A stretch of DNA of 64,000 bases from Vicinamibacteria bacterium (GCA_963422395.1 OY729431.1:2304001-2368000); one strand, 5' to 3'; counted from the stretch's first letter, positions 28,521 through 38,631 are shown. Program-made: numbers and translations. The notes: generated by a model not told the origin, from the sequence alone.

Positions 28521-29837
28521 CTACATGTACGCGGTCGGATTCGCGGCGATCCGGCGCACGCCGGCGAGCAGCCGGTCCACTTCGTGGGGCATGTTGTAGA
28601 TGTGGGTGGAGGCGCGCACTGCGTTCAGGTTTCCGGTGCCCATGGTGCGGATGAACACTCGGTCATGGTCAAGGATGGCCTGCTGCACATTCTCCATCGG
28701 CAGGTCGTGGACCGAGAAGAGGGTCAGGCCGGCTGCGAGTTCATCGCTCGAAGAAGTCCACAGCTTCACTCCGGGAATCTCCGCGAGACCCTCGCGGAGA
28801 CGCCGCGAGAGCATCTGCACCCGGGCCTCGATGCGATCCTTGCCGATGACATTCTGGAACTCCACCGACTTCACCATGGCGAAGGCGCTCGGCACATGGC
28901 GCTGGCCGGTGTTCTCGAACTTCCGCGAGTCCTCGTAGAAGCGGCGCTCGCCGTCCTCGCGGTAGGAGCCGGCACCGATGAGCGGCCAGACATCGCCGAT
29001 GGTGTCCCGGCGGATATAGGAGAGACCGGTTCCGGTCCCCGCCATCAGCCACTTCTGGCCCGCGCCGGCGTAGTGGTGGCAACCCGCCGAGTGCATGTCG
29101 AGGGCGATCATCCCGAGGGGATGGGCGCCGTCCACCGAGAGCAGGATGTTCTTTTCGGCGCACAGAGCGGAGAGCTCGCGGATCGGCATGAGGAGACCGG
29201 TGACATAGGTCAAGTGGCTCACCATGATCGCCCGGGTGCGAGGGCCGATCGCCTTCTCGTAGATCGAGACGATCTGCTCGCGGCTCTCCGGCGGGGAGGG
29301 GACATCCACCCACTCGATGACCACTCCGTACCTCTCCTGGGCGTGTATGTAGGGCTCGATCCCGCCGTTGTGCTCATGGGTGCACATCAGCACCTCGTCG
29401 CCCTCACGCCAATCGAGGCCCCGCCCGAAGATGTTCATGCCCTCGGTGGTGCTCCGGGTGTAGGTGACTTCGTCCGGTTCTGCTCCGATGAAGGAAGCCA
29501 GCGTCTGCCGGTGTTCGTGCAGCTCGGCGCGACGGTAACCGTTCGTCGGGTCGGCGGCGATCTCGGCATAGACCCGGGCTTCCTCGTCGGCCACCACCCG
29601 GGGGTTCGGTCCGAGAGTCCCGTTGTTCATGAAGGCCATCCCGTCCACCACATTGAATTGGGAGCGGACCTTCCACCAGTACTCCTCGCCGGGGTTCGTC
29701 GGTGGCACCAGGTCGGTGAGCGGGAGGGGCGGCACCGCGCGCTGGGCCGAGAGAGCGTGCGCCGGGAGAGCAGCCGCACCGAGGGCCGCCGCAGAAGTCC
29801 CGAGAAAGCCGCGGCGGGAGAGTTTCGAAGTCGTCAT
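28521..29837 (-). CDS. Class V PLP-dependent enzyme (isopenicillin-N epimerase/cysteine desulfurase-like) with Tat signal
   Basis: SRRGFL Tat motif; 'MNNGTLGP', 'STTEG', 'VDGAH', 'GQKWL', 'VRASTHIYN'. Confidence 0.88.
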   Translation of the reverse strand: MTTSKLSRRGFLGTSAAALGAAALPAHALSAQRAVPPLPLTDLVPPTNPGEEYWWKVRSQFNVVDGMAFMNNGTLGPNPRVVADEEARVYAEIAADPTNGYRRAELHEHRQTLASFIGAEPDEVTYTRSTTEGMNIFGRGLDWREGDEVLMCTHEHNGGIEPYIHAQERYGVVIEWVDVPSPPESREQIVSIYEKAIGPRTRAIMVSHLTYVTGLLMPIRELSALCAEKNILLSVDGAHPLGMIALDMHSAGCHHYAGAGQKWLMAGTGTGLSYIRRDTIGDVWPLIGAGSYREDGERRFYEDSRKFENTGQRHVPSAFAMVKSVEFQNVIGKDRIEARVQMLSRRLREGLAEIPGVKLWTSSSDELAAGLTLFSVHDLPMENVQQAILDHDRVFIRTMGTGNLNAVRASTHIYNMPHEVDRLLAGVRRIAANPTAYM

Positions 29838-29936
29838 GAGAATCCGCTCCAGAGGGAAAGACCGGAAACTATAGGAACCCTTCGGCTCCTTCAACCGAGA
29901 AGCCCGAGCGGCCGAAGCCGAGCCCGGGCGGCGGCG

Positions 29937-31628
29937 TCAGAATCGGGCCGCGGTGAGAACGATGTCGGCGCGGCTCCAGGCGCGGAGGAACCGGCGCTGG
30001 ACCCGCTCGGCCTCGTCGGTCTTCCCTTGTGCGCGCAGCGACTGGAGCAGCCCGAACAGCGACCAGCCGTTCTCCGGCCAGTCGCGCAGATCTTCGCGGA
30101 AGGCCGCCTCGGCGTGGTCGGCGCGGCCGGCTTCGAGGAGCACCGCACCGAGCGCCTGGCGCATCGGCATGTACCAGGGCGGCGGTTCGGTGTAGGCGAG
30201 GTTGTCCTGGATGTGGATCGCTTCCTCGAGCAGGGGAATCGCCTGCTCCGGGTTCTGGTGGCGAGAGATGATGTCGGCCTCGAGCGCAACGGCCGCGAGG
30301 CGCAGCATGTCGCGGGCGGAGACCCGGCCCATGCTGGGAAGGTTCTCGTCGGCGGCGATCTCGGTGATGCGCTGCTGGTGTTCTTCGGCGGCCGTGCGGT
30401 CTCCTGCCGCCGAGCGGGCCAGCCCGCGGGCGTAGTGCCAGATGGCGGTCTCGAAGAGGTATTCGGCGCGGGGTTCGGGCTCGCTTTCGATGTCGTCCCA
30501 GCGGCCGAAGCGGGCCTGGGCGAACAGCGGAATCGAAAGGAAGAGCTGCGAGTAGGACGACTGCTCGATCTGGTTCGGGCTCGTCTGGATCCGCACCTTG
30601 TCGCGGAGCTTGTACGCCTGCTGCAGCGCGACCGCGCTCCGTCCCTCGAACTGCGCCGCCGACCAGGCGAAGTGGACATTGTGCTGGTAGGAACGGACCG
30701 GATAGCGGCCCTCCTGGTCCGGCATTCCGAGGTAGAGCTCGTCCACTGCGGCGGCGTCGAGGTTGAAATCGGCAGCCTCGTCGTAGTTGCCGGTCTGGAT
30801 CAGGATGTGAGAACCCATGTGCACCAGATGGGCGGCACCCGGCATCGTGCGCGGCAGTTCCCGCGCGTAGGGGACCGCCCGGAAGGGGTCGTCGGACGCC
30901 TCGACCCCGTGGATGTAGTAGTGGATGGCGCCCGGGTGCTGGGAGTCCATGGCCAGGGCTCGCTCGAGCTGCCCGACGAGCCATTCCGTTCCCTCACCGA
31001 GCGGCTTGCCCGCGTCGTCCCAGTAGTTCCAGCGGGTGGTGTTCATGTACGAGGCGGCGGCGAGGACCTGCAGATCGAGATCGTCGGGATACGCCTCGGC
31101 GAGGGCACGGGCCTTTTCGTGGTAGGCCTGATCGAGCGGCGCGCGCTCAGCGGCCGGGTCTTCGGCGTAGCGGGCGGCGAGCGCCTCGATCATCGCCTGT
31201 TCCTTTTCGCTCGCGGAATCGGCGAGTTCCCGAGCGCGGCGGATCGCTTCCCAGGCGGTCGCGAGCTGGTCCTCCGGCGGGGCGCCGTTGTTCAGGTAGG
31301 GGCCGTAGGCGAGGGCGCGGCCCCAGTGGGCCATCGGCGAGTCGTCGAGTCGGGCCGCCTCGTCGAAGGATCGCCGCGCTTCCGTCATCCAGAAGGCGTA
31401 CACCAGGCGAAGCCCCTGATCGAAGTACTGCTGGCCGAGTTCCGAAGCGCCGCTCACCGGAAAGTGCACTACCCCGAGCTTGCCGTGGAGGGGCACCGTC
31501 AGGTCGGGAGCCGTCTCCTCGCCGGTCTCCCCGGCAGACCCGGCGAGGCCCGGGGCGGCGAACAGGCCGAGAATCAGCGGAACGGAAAGAAAACGGCGGA
31601 ATCCAGTCATGGGGAAAACCCTCCTCAT
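29937..31628 (-). CDS. Exported TPR-like hypothetical protein (conserved family)
   Basis: 'QQYFDQGL...EARRSF', 'HPGAIHYYIH', 'AAHLVHMGSHI', 'YTEPPPWY', 'PENGWSLFGL'. ATGA overlap with upstream gene. Confidence 0.82.
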   Translation of the reverse strand: MRRVFPMTGFRRFLSVPLILGLFAAPGLAGSAGETGEETAPDLTVPLHGKLGVVHFPVSGASELGQQYFDQGLRLVYAFWMTEARRSFDEAARLDDSPMAHWGRALAYGPYLNNGAPPEDQLATAWEAIRRARELADSASEKEQAMIEALAARYAEDPAAERAPLDQAYHEKARALAEAYPDDLDLQVLAAASYMNTTRWNYWDDAGKPLGEGTEWLVGQLERALAMDSQHPGAIHYYIHGVEASDDPFRAVPYARELPRTMPGAAHLVHMGSHILIQTGNYDEAADFNLDAAAVDELYLGMPDQEGRYPVRSYQHNVHFAWSAAQFEGRSAVALQQAYKLRDKVRIQTSPNQIEQSSYSQLFLSIPLFAQARFGRWDDIESEPEPRAEYLFETAIWHYARGLARSAAGDRTAAEEHQQRITEIAADENLPSMGRVSARDMLRLAAVALEADIISRHQNPEQAIPLLEEAIHIQDNLAYTEPPPWYMPMRQALGAVLLEAGRADHAEAAFREDLRDWPENGWSLFGLLQSLRAQGKTDEAERVQRRFLRAWSRADIVLTAARF

Positions 31629-32539
31629 TCGGACAGATTGCGGTACAGCACGCGGATGATCGGGTACGCCTGCGCCATGTCCTGCGCCTCGAAGCGGATC
31701 GTATCGGGCGCGGTCCGCTCGATTCCGGGCAGCAGCGCGGCGATTTCCGCAAGATCGGTGCGGGTGTAGCGGATCTCGACCTCGACCGGGGTACCGGGGG
31801 TTTGCGGCGGATCGGGCAGCTCCCGAAGTGCCCGCGCCGCCGCTTCCCGGATGCGGGGCGCGGTCACCTCGGGATGGAGCAGATCGGCGGTGGTGCGCCG
31901 GATGGCCCGCTTCACCGCCACGAATTCGACGCCCTGCCAGCGCTCGCCGAGTTCCCGGACGAACGCTTCGTCACCGGTGGCCAAGGCGACCGGCACTCCG
32001 TGGTGCGCGGCGAGCAGAGCGTTCAGGTCGCCTTCGCCAGCCGGTTCGCCGGCCACCCGGATTTCGCGAATCGAAGCGCCCGACCCGGTGTGGGCCATCA
32101 GCCCGTCCGGATTTCCGGCTCTCGCGTGGTAGCCGATGAAGAAGACCGCGTCGAATGTGCCGTCGAGCCCCTGCATCATGCCGTAGGACTTCGCGTTGTG
32201 GCTGATGAGCCGCGCCGGAGGGAGGAGATCCTCCACCCGCACATTCCGCATGCTCCCGTGGCTGTCGTTCACCAGGATCTCGACGGCGCCGGCATCGAGC
32301 GCTCCCTGGACGGCGGCATTCAGATCGCTCATCATCAGGTCTCGGCCGCGGGAGTATTCGGCGCCCGACGCCGAGGTCATCTCGGAGTGCGCGATGCCGC
32401 TGATGCCCTCCATGTCCACCGAGAGGAAGACTCGGAGCCCCTCCTGCCGCGCTGTCGGCAGCGAGCTGCCCGGCAGCGGCAGGAGCGCGAGGCCGAGGAC
32501 GGCGAGGTGCGGCACCGCGCGCCCCACTCCGGGGATCAG
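31625..32539 (-). CDS. M55 family D-aminopeptidase, exported
   Basis: 'SVDMEG', 'VNDSHG', 'FIGYHA', 'AHT'. Start uncertain (CTG 32539 overlapping the upstream TGA, or a downstream GTG). Confidence 0.88.
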   Translation of the reverse strand: MIPGVGRAVPHLAVLGLALLPLPGSSLPTARQEGLRVFLSVDMEGISGIAHSEMTSASGAEYSRGRDLMMSDLNAAVQGALDAGAVEILVNDSHGSMRNVRVEDLLPPARLISHNAKSYGMMQGLDGTFDAVFFIGYHARAGNPDGLMAHTGSGASIREIRVAGEPAGEGDLNALLAAHHGVPVALATGDEAFVRELGERWQGVEFVAVKRAIRRTTADLLHPEVTAPRIREAAARALRELPDPPQTPGTPVEVEIRYTRTDLAEIAALLPGIERTAPDTIRFEAQDMAQAYPIIRVLYRNLSE

Positions 32540-33537
32540 CAGCCCGGTTCGCGGAGCGAATCGAGCATCTCGTGGGCCACGACCGCCTGCGCTCCGTCGG
32601 GATCGAGCTCGAGATAGCGCTCGAAAGCGGCGATCGCTCCCTCTCGGTCTTCCTGTCGGGCCTTCACCATCCCGAGCTGGACGAAGGCAGGAGCGAAATC
32701 GGGATCGGCGACGGTGGCCCGCTCGTAGAACTGGTCGGCGAGATCTTCGCGGCCGGCGTTCGAGGCGTACACCGCATAGTTGAATAGATGCAACGCGTTG
32801 CCCTCGACGAGTTCCATCACCCGGTCGAAAGCGGCGATCGCCTCCTCCCACTGCTGCATCCGGCCGTGGAGGTCGGCCACGGCGAGCAGCCCCTCCGCCA
32901 TGCCGGGGCCGAGCTCGTGCGCCGTCTCGTAGGCCTCGATGGCGGCGGGATAGTCATCCATCTGCTCGAGGGTGGCGGCGAGGTTGAAATGAGCGGGGCC
33001 CGACCGGGGCTGCAACTCGATGAAGCCGCGGAACTCGGCGGCCGCGGCCGGGAAGTCTTCGACCTCGAAAGCCTCCTGGGCGGCAGCGAGGTGCTGTTCG
33101 GCGCGCATGGAGTCGGCCTGGCTGAGCACCCCCTCGGGAAGCGGTTGCAGGACCTCGTCGATGTAGGCCTGGCCGCCGTTGGTGACCGAAACCATCGCCT
33201 GGAGCGGCTGGTAGCCGTCGAGTTCGAAGGCGACCCGGTAGTTCTCCACCCGCACTCCGGCGCGGAGGAACTCTCCCTTCTCGTTCGTCTCGAGCCGGAT
33301 GGGCCGGCCGCCGCCGTCGAGGAGCACGATCTGGATCCGGACTCCGGCGAGCGGCTCGCCGTCGGGGTCCACGATCGTGCCCCGGATGGCGCCCCGCTGC
33401 GCGAACGCGGACGAGGCGGCGGCGAAGAGGAAGAGGAGGAAGACGCCCGCCCGAACCGGCAGCCGCAGCGTCAGGCCACCGCGGCCCGGACGACGACCGG
33501 AGTTGCCAGAACTGCCAGCCGGACCTGGACTCTGCAC
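32536..33537 (-). CDS. Exported protein with carboxypeptidase-regulatory-like domain and TPR repeats
   Basis: AGGAGG before GTG 33537; 'IRGTIVDPDGEPLAGV'; TPRs ending 'AFERYLELDP'. Confidence 0.82.
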   Translation of the reverse strand: MQSPGPAGSSGNSGRRPGRGGLTLRLPVRAGVFLLFLFAAASSAFAQRGAIRGTIVDPDGEPLAGVRIQIVLLDGGGRPIRLETNEKGEFLRAGVRVENYRVAFELDGYQPLQAMVSVTNGGQAYIDEVLQPLPEGVLSQADSMRAEQHLAAAQEAFEVEDFPAAAAEFRGFIELQPRSGPAHFNLAATLEQMDDYPAAIEAYETAHELGPGMAEGLLAVADLHGRMQQWEEAIAAFDRVMELVEGNALHLFNYAVYASNAGREDLADQFYERATVADPDFAPAFVQLGMVKARQEDREGAIAAFERYLELDPDGAQAVVAHEMLDSLREPGC

Positions 33538-33642
33538 GACGGTGATCCCTCCTGCCGGGGCTTGGAACCCCCTTCGGGAGGGGCGCCCATTCGAACCGGC
33601 GAACGAGTATAGCCCCGCCCCCGCAGCGCGCGAAGCGGCTGG

Positions 33643-34266
33643 TCAGCCGTCGGTCCGGGAGGCCGGCGGCCCGGCACTCTCGGCCAGGTCCGCGGCGAGG
33701 GCGGCACGCTGATCGGGGGTCAGTTCGGCTTCGGCGGCGAGGGCGGGAAGGTCGGAGCCCACCGCGGCCGGCGCCCTGCCCCCGGTATCGAAACGGAGGT
33801 ACTGGACCGAGGAGAGCCGGTCGCCGCCCACCTGCCGAGGGTCGTACTGCGCCCGCACCCGCACCCCGTCGTCGAGCCGCAAATAGAGGTGGTCGACGAG
33901 GCCGAGCCACTCCCGGAGCAGACGGTCGCGCCGCGCCGGGTCGTCTATCTCGATGAGCAGCGTGGCGCCGATCTCTCCGGGGCCGCCGAGCACCTCGTTG
34001 TAGGTGGAGATCTCGTGGCGGATGTCCGATTCGCGCACCATGCGCTCGACGCGGACCATTTCGAGGACCTGGTACCGCATCGTCTCGTGGTTCTCGAAGA
34101 GGAAGGTGAGGAAGGCCCCCACCGGGACGCGGCGACGGTCCTTGGCCGCCATCGCCGAAGCTCGGATCGCCGGGCGCTCGTCGGCATAGGTCTCGTAGTC
34201 GAGGATCTCTTCACGCCGGACCGGACGGCCGGCGCGTTCGGCCGCGGGCAGCGACGAGGAATTCAC
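33643..34266 (-). CDS. DUF3501 family protein
   Basis: 'FLFENHETMRYQVLEMVRVE', 'ATLLIEI', 'LSSVQYLRF'; typical partner of rubrerythrin. Start uncertain. Confidence 0.85.
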   Translation of the reverse strand: MNSSSLPAAERAGRPVRREEILDYETYADERPAIRASAMAAKDRRRVPVGAFLTFLFENHETMRYQVLEMVRVERMVRESDIRHEISTYNEVLGGPGEIGATLLIEIDDPARRDRLLREWLGLVDHLYLRLDDGVRVRAQYDPRQVGGDRLSSVQYLRFDTGGRAPAAVGSDLPALAAEAELTPDQRAALAADLAESAGPPASRTDG

Positions 34267-34273
34267 GGAGGAC

Positions 34274-35719
34274 TCAACGGCCTTTCCCGGCCGCCCCCGC
34301 ACTCCGCGATTCGTCCGGAGATCCTTCCGCAGGTCCTTCCGCAGGGGGTTCTTCGGGGGGCGGCAGCTTCTCCTCGAATCCGTCCGGCCGATAGGCGCGG
34401 GCGAGGACGGTCATGGGGTGGAGCGGCTTCTTCCCGGCGTGCTGCTCGAACTGGACTGCCGCGAGCGGGCAGTCGGTGGACCAGACCTCCGCGCCGGCAT
34501 CCTGCATCGAGGCGAACGCCTTGCGCCCCGCTTCGCGGGAAGCAGCGAACCCCTCGGTCTTCATGGCCCAGGTCCCGTCGTGGCCGGAGCATTCGAGGGT
34601 GGATACCGGAACCACCCCGGGGATCTTCCGGATCAGGTCGCGGGCGCGCATCCCCACCCCCTGCGCCCGAAGATGGCAGGGGGCGTGGTAGGCGACCCGG
34701 CCGCCGGGTGTCGAACGGAACCGAGTGCTGAAGCGCTTCTCGCGGCGGATGTTCCAAAGGTGCTCCGAGGGATCGCGGACCGCCGCCGCCAGCTGTCGGG
34801 CGCGCTCCTCGTCCTTCGGCTCGACCAGGACCGGGTACTCCTTGCGCATCAACATGGAACAGGTGGGATTCACCACGATCACCAGCGCTCCGGCCGCTAC
34901 GAAGGGCGAGAGGAGATCGAGGTTCCGGCCCGCGGCACGCTGCAGGGCCTCGAGATCTCCGGATTCCCAGGAGGGCATCCCGCAGCAGCCGAGCCCGGCC
35001 ACGCAGTCGGTCTCCACCTGGTTCTCGTCGAGCACCGCCAGCGTGTCCTTGCCGATGTCGGGCTCGTTGTTCTGGACATAACAGGTGGGGAACAGCACCG
35101 CTTCCCGCTTTCCGGCCGGCGCCGGGCGGCAGCGCGCCGCCCAACCGTCGAACGATTCGGAAGCGAACGGAGGCAGCAGCTTCTCCCGGTGGATTCCGAC
35201 GAGCTTTTCGAGGCAGTACCGCGCCGGCTTCGTGTTCTGGAGGGCGGCGGCGAAGGCCGGGGTCCGGCGCTGGATCCGGCCGGTCCGGTCGGGGTTCGTC
35301 AGCAGAGCGCTGCGGAGTGCGCCGCGGCCCGAAGGGGGTGCTTCGCGTCGGCGAACCGCGGCGTGGCGGTGGACCAGATTCGGAAAGTCGAGCTGGAATT
35401 CGTGCTCCTTGCCGGGGGTGTAGGGGCAGGCGAATTCGCACTGCTTGCACTGGAAACACGACGAGAGCACCGTCTGCTGCTCGCTCCCGGTCAGGGAACG
35501 GGGGTCGCCGTCCCGCGCCTCGTCGATGATCTGGAACAGATCCTTGAAGGTGTCGCAGTACTTGAAGCACATCCGGCACCCGTGGCAGATATCGAAGGCG
35601 CGGTCGAGTTCCGAACGCAGGCTCGCCGGGTCCCAGTAGCGTTCTTCCCGAGGGTCGTACGAGAGGTCCTTCCCCGGCAGAACCGAAGGCGGCGCTCCGG
35701 AGGGAGGAACCCGGCTCAC
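34274..35719 (-). CDS. Rubrerythrin-associated Fe-S oxidoreductase (GlpC/heterodisulfide-reductase-like, CCG domains)
   Basis: CHGCRMCFKYC, CFQCKQC...CPY, CCGMP, 'CSGHDGTW', 'DCPLA'. Confidence 0.9.
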   Translation of the reverse strand: MSRVPPSGAPPSVLPGKDLSYDPREERYWDPASLRSELDRAFDICHGCRMCFKYCDTFKDLFQIIDEARDGDPRSLTGSEQQTVLSSCFQCKQCEFACPYTPGKEHEFQLDFPNLVHRHAAVRRREAPPSGRGALRSALLTNPDRTGRIQRRTPAFAAALQNTKPARYCLEKLVGIHREKLLPPFASESFDGWAARCRPAPAGKREAVLFPTCYVQNNEPDIGKDTLAVLDENQVETDCVAGLGCCGMPSWESGDLEALQRAAGRNLDLLSPFVAAGALVIVVNPTCSMLMRKEYPVLVEPKDEERARQLAAAVRDPSEHLWNIRREKRFSTRFRSTPGGRVAYHAPCHLRAQGVGMRARDLIRKIPGVVPVSTLECSGHDGTWAMKTEGFAASREAGRKAFASMQDAGAEVWSTDCPLAAVQFEQHAGKKPLHPMTVLARAYRPDGFEEKLPPPEEPPAEGPAEGSPDESRSAGAAGKGR

Positions 35720-35844
35720 TGCGGCGCTGCGAAAGCTCCGGACGGCAGAGTCGAGAACCGCAGCGAAACAGAACCGGGGGCAGCCGCCGCGGCTCCTCCG
35801 GAGCGGCTCTCAGGGAACCTCTCCGGCGTCCTCACTCTCCCCAC

Positions 35845-36264
35845 TCAGCTCAGATCGTCCAGCAGGCGCTGGAACCGGCCGGCATGAGACTTCTCGGCCT
35901 TGGCGAGCGTCTCGAACCAGTCGGCGATTTCGGAGAAACCCTCTTCGCGGGCGGTCCTGGCCATCCCGGGATACATGTCGGTGTATTCGTAGGTCTCACC
36001 GGCGACCGCGGCGGCGAGGTTCTGGGCGGTGTCGCCGATGGGCAGATCGGTGGCGGGATCTCCCACCGGCTTCAGATAGTCGAGGTGGCCGTGAGCGTGG
36101 CCGGTCTCGCCTTCCGCGGTCTCGCGGAAATTTCCGGCGACCGCCGGATAGCCCTCGATGTCCGCCGCCTTCGCGAAGTAGAGGTAGCGGCGGTTCGCCT
36201 GCGACTCGCCGGCGAAGGCGTCCTTCAGGTTCTGATGGGTTCTCGTACCTTTCAGGCTGGCCAT
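35845..36264 (-). CDS. rbr: Rubrerythrin (short type, no rubredoxin domain)
   Basis: '[16 protein letters not shown]', 'GETGHAHGH', '[11 protein letters not shown]', 'AEKSHA'. Confidence 0.93.
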   Translation of the reverse strand: MASLKGTRTHQNLKDAFAGESQANRRYLYFAKAADIEGYPAVAGNFRETAEGETGHAHGHLDYLKPVGDPATDLPIGDTAQNLAAAVAGETYEYTDMYPGMARTAREEGFSEIADWFETLAKAEKSHAGRFQRLLDDLS

Positions 36265-36412
36265 GGGTCTCGTTGTCTCTCCGATTCCGCCGAAGCGGAG
36301 TTCTGGTCGGGAAGGCGGACGATCGGCGACCCCTGGAACGGCCCTCCCTGGTCCGGGCATCGGGAGTCTATCCGTATCCGATCCCTCCTCCGGTTCCGCC
36401 ATAATCCGGAGC

Positions 36413-37669
36413 ATGGTGAAGAAGCGCGAAACCCGGGTTCTCACGACGCGCCGTGAGATGTTGGCCGGGGCCGTCGGAACGGCGGCGGTCTCGGCCGCAG
36501 CGGTCGGGAGCGCGCAGCAGACCTCCGGACGCGTCCGCCCGCGGGCACCCGAGGACCCCACGAAGATGCAGGGCCGGGTACCGAGCCCGGTGGGAACCCG
36601 CTCCGCGTTCGAGACCCCCGAGCGGCTGGTGCGGGTGCTCGAACCCTCTTCTTCCTCGAGAACCCCGCTGCAGTACCTGCAAGGGGTGGTGACGCCCGCC
36701 GACCTCCATTTCGAGCGGCATCACGGCGGGGTGCCGACCATCGATCCGGAGCGCTACGAGCTGCTGATCCACGGGTTGGTGGAACGGCCGACGGTCTTTC
36801 GGCTCGCCGACCTGAAGCAGTTTCCCGCCGAGTCGCGGCTGCGTTTTCTCGAGTGCTCGGGCAACGGAGGAACCGCCTTCCAGAACCAGGGGCGCCGCCG
36901 GGATCTGAGCCCGCAGCAGATGGACGGGCTGACGAGCACCAGCGAATGGACCGGGGTCCCGCTGAAGCTGATCTTCCGCGAGGTCGGGGCGCTGCCCGAA
37001 GCCAGCTGGTTCCTCGCCGAAGCGATGGACGCCGCGGTGATGACCCGCTCGGTCCCCATGGAGAAGGCGTGGGACGACGCGATCCTCGCCTATGCGCAGA
37101 ACGGCGAACCGCTCCGCCCCGAGCAGGGCTATCCGGTGCGGCTGTTCCTGCCCGGGTGGGAGGGGAACGCCAGCGTGAAGTGGCTGCGGCGGCTGAAGCT
37201 CGCCGACCGGCCGTTCATGACCCGCGAGGAGACTTCCAAGTACACCGACCCGCTGCCCGGCGGAAAGGCGCGGATGTTCAGCTTCACGATGGATGCGAAG
37301 TCGCTGATCACCTTCCCGACCTTCCCCGAGCGGCTCGAGCGGCGAGGGCTCTGGGAGATCCGCGGGATCGCCTGGACCGGGCGGGGGCGGATCACCCGGG
37401 TGGAGGTCTCGACCGACGGCGGGGAGCGATGGGAGGACGCCGAACTGCAAGAGCCGGTGCTCCCGAAATGCCATGTCCGTTTTCGCAAGCTCTGGAAGTG
37501 GGACGGGCGGGGCGCCACCCTGATGAGCCGGGCGACCGATGAGACCGGCTACCTCCAGCCCACTCGCGAAGAGCTGTGGCGGGCGCGGGGTTCCTACACC
37601 CGGTATCACTACAACCAGATCCGCCCGTGGCGCGTGGAGCCGAACGGACAGGTCTTCTTCGCCGGCTGA
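36413..37669 (+). CDS. soxC: Sulfite/sulfane dehydrogenase molybdopterin subunit (SoxC/SorA type), Tat-exported
   Basis: TRREML Tat motif; 'LHFERHHGG', 'FLECSGN', 'GEPLRPEQGYPVRL', 'TREETSKYTD'. Confidence 0.9.
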   Translation: MVKKRETRVLTTRREMLAGAVGTAAVSAAAVGSAQQTSGRVRPRAPEDPTKMQGRVPSPVGTRSAFETPERLVRVLEPSSSSRTPLQYLQGVVTPADLHFERHHGGVPTIDPERYELLIHGLVERPTVFRLADLKQFPAESRLRFLECSGNGGTAFQNQGRRRDLSPQQMDGLTSTSEWTGVPLKLIFREVGALPEASWFLAEAMDAAVMTRSVPMEKAWDDAILAYAQNGEPLRPEQGYPVRLFLPGWEGNASVKWLRRLKLADRPFMTREETSKYTDPLPGGKARMFSFTMDAKSLITFPTFPERLERRGLWEIRGIAWTGRGRITRVEVSTDGGERWEDAELQEPVLPKCHVRFRKLWKWDGRGATLMSRATDETGYLQPTREELWRARGSYTRYHYNQIRPWRVEPNGQVFFAG

Positions 37670-37752
37670 CCGCCCGCGGCGGAAGGCGCCCGGCGCTCCG
37701 ACGACGGCAGACGACGAAGACAGGCGGCCGCAGAGTTCCCGGAGGCTTGCAG

Positions 37753-38631
37753 ATGCAGGACATCCTCTCCACCAGCCTCCGGCGCGAGCCGCTCCGCCGC
37801 GCTTCGCCCAGCGGGAGGTCCCCTGCCCGGCACACCGGACCTGCTGCCCCCCGGAAGCGGGCTTCGCGGCTCGCCGCGGCGGTTCTCACGGCTCTCGGCG
37901 GGTGCACGGCAGAAGAGAGCAGCGCGCCTTCCGCCCAGCCGGCGGCAATCGCATCCCAGCCGGCGGCGACCGGACTCGAGTCGGCAGTACCCGCACCGAG
38001 TCCGGCGGAACCCACGCCCCCCCGGGCGGTCCCCGGCCCCTGGCCCGAACTCCATCCGGGGATGCCGGGACTCCTGAGCGAAGCGGAGCTCGCGGCGCTG
38101 CGGGCGGCGCGGGAACGGGCGCTCGCAGAGATCGCCGATCTGCCCGGGTTCGGCTTCGGAGAGCCGGCCAGTCCGGAACGGATCGCCGCCTGGGACATCG
38201 AGATCGGTCCAGACGGGGAAGGACTGCCCGCGGGACGCGGTTCGGTGGAGCGGGGACAGACGCTCTACCGATTGCAATGTGTCCAGTGCCACGGAGCGCA
38301 GGGCGAGGGGGCCGACTACGAAGCGCTGGTGGGGAGGGTTCCGGGGGACGCCTTCCCGTTTTCCGAGGACCGCCGCTGGCTCATCACGGTGGGGAGCTAC
38401 TGGCCCTACGCGACCACCCTCTTCGATTACATCCGGCGGGCGATGCCCCAGGCGGCGCCCGGAACCCTGCCCGCAGACGATGTGTACGCGCTCACCGCCT
38501 ACATCCTGCAGCTCAACGGGCTGCTCGAGCCCGGCGATTCGCTCGACGCCCGGACGCTGCCCCGGATCGTCATGCCGGCCCGGGACCGGTTCGTCTCGGA
38601 CGACCGGCGCGGGGGGCCGGAAGTGCGGTGA
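37753..38631 (+). CDS. soxD: Monoheme c-type cytochrome (SoxD-like), lipoprotein
   Basis: 'AWDIEIGPDGEGLP', CVQCH, 'TVGSYWPYATTLFDYIRRAMP'; LGGC lipobox. Start uncertain. Confidence 0.82.
   Translation: MQDILSTSLRREPLRRASPSGRSPARHTGPAAPRKRASRLAAAVLTALGGCTAEESSAPSAQPAAIASQPAATGLESAVPAPSPAEPTPPRAVPGPWPELHPGMPGLLSEAELAALRAARERALAEIADLPGFGFGEPASPERIAAWDIEIGPDGEGLPAGRGSVERGQTLYRLQCVQCHGAQGEGADYEALVGRVPGDAFPFSEDRRWLITVGSYWPYATTLFDYIRRAMPQAAPGTLPADDVYALTAYILQLNGLLEPGDSLDARTLPRIVMPARDRFVSDDRRGGPEVR

Noticed and set aside
32536-32544. C-terminal Gly-Cys-UGA as a second Sec site
   Set aside because: The TPR protein is complete at this point, there is no redox context, and no convincing SECIS follows.
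33495-33611. Possible SRP RNA or riboswitch (CAGGTCCGG and a GAA-loop hairpin)
   Set aside because: The SRP core GGAAGGAAGCAG is absent. The stretch is explained by an AGGAGG SD and the start of the 33537 CDS.
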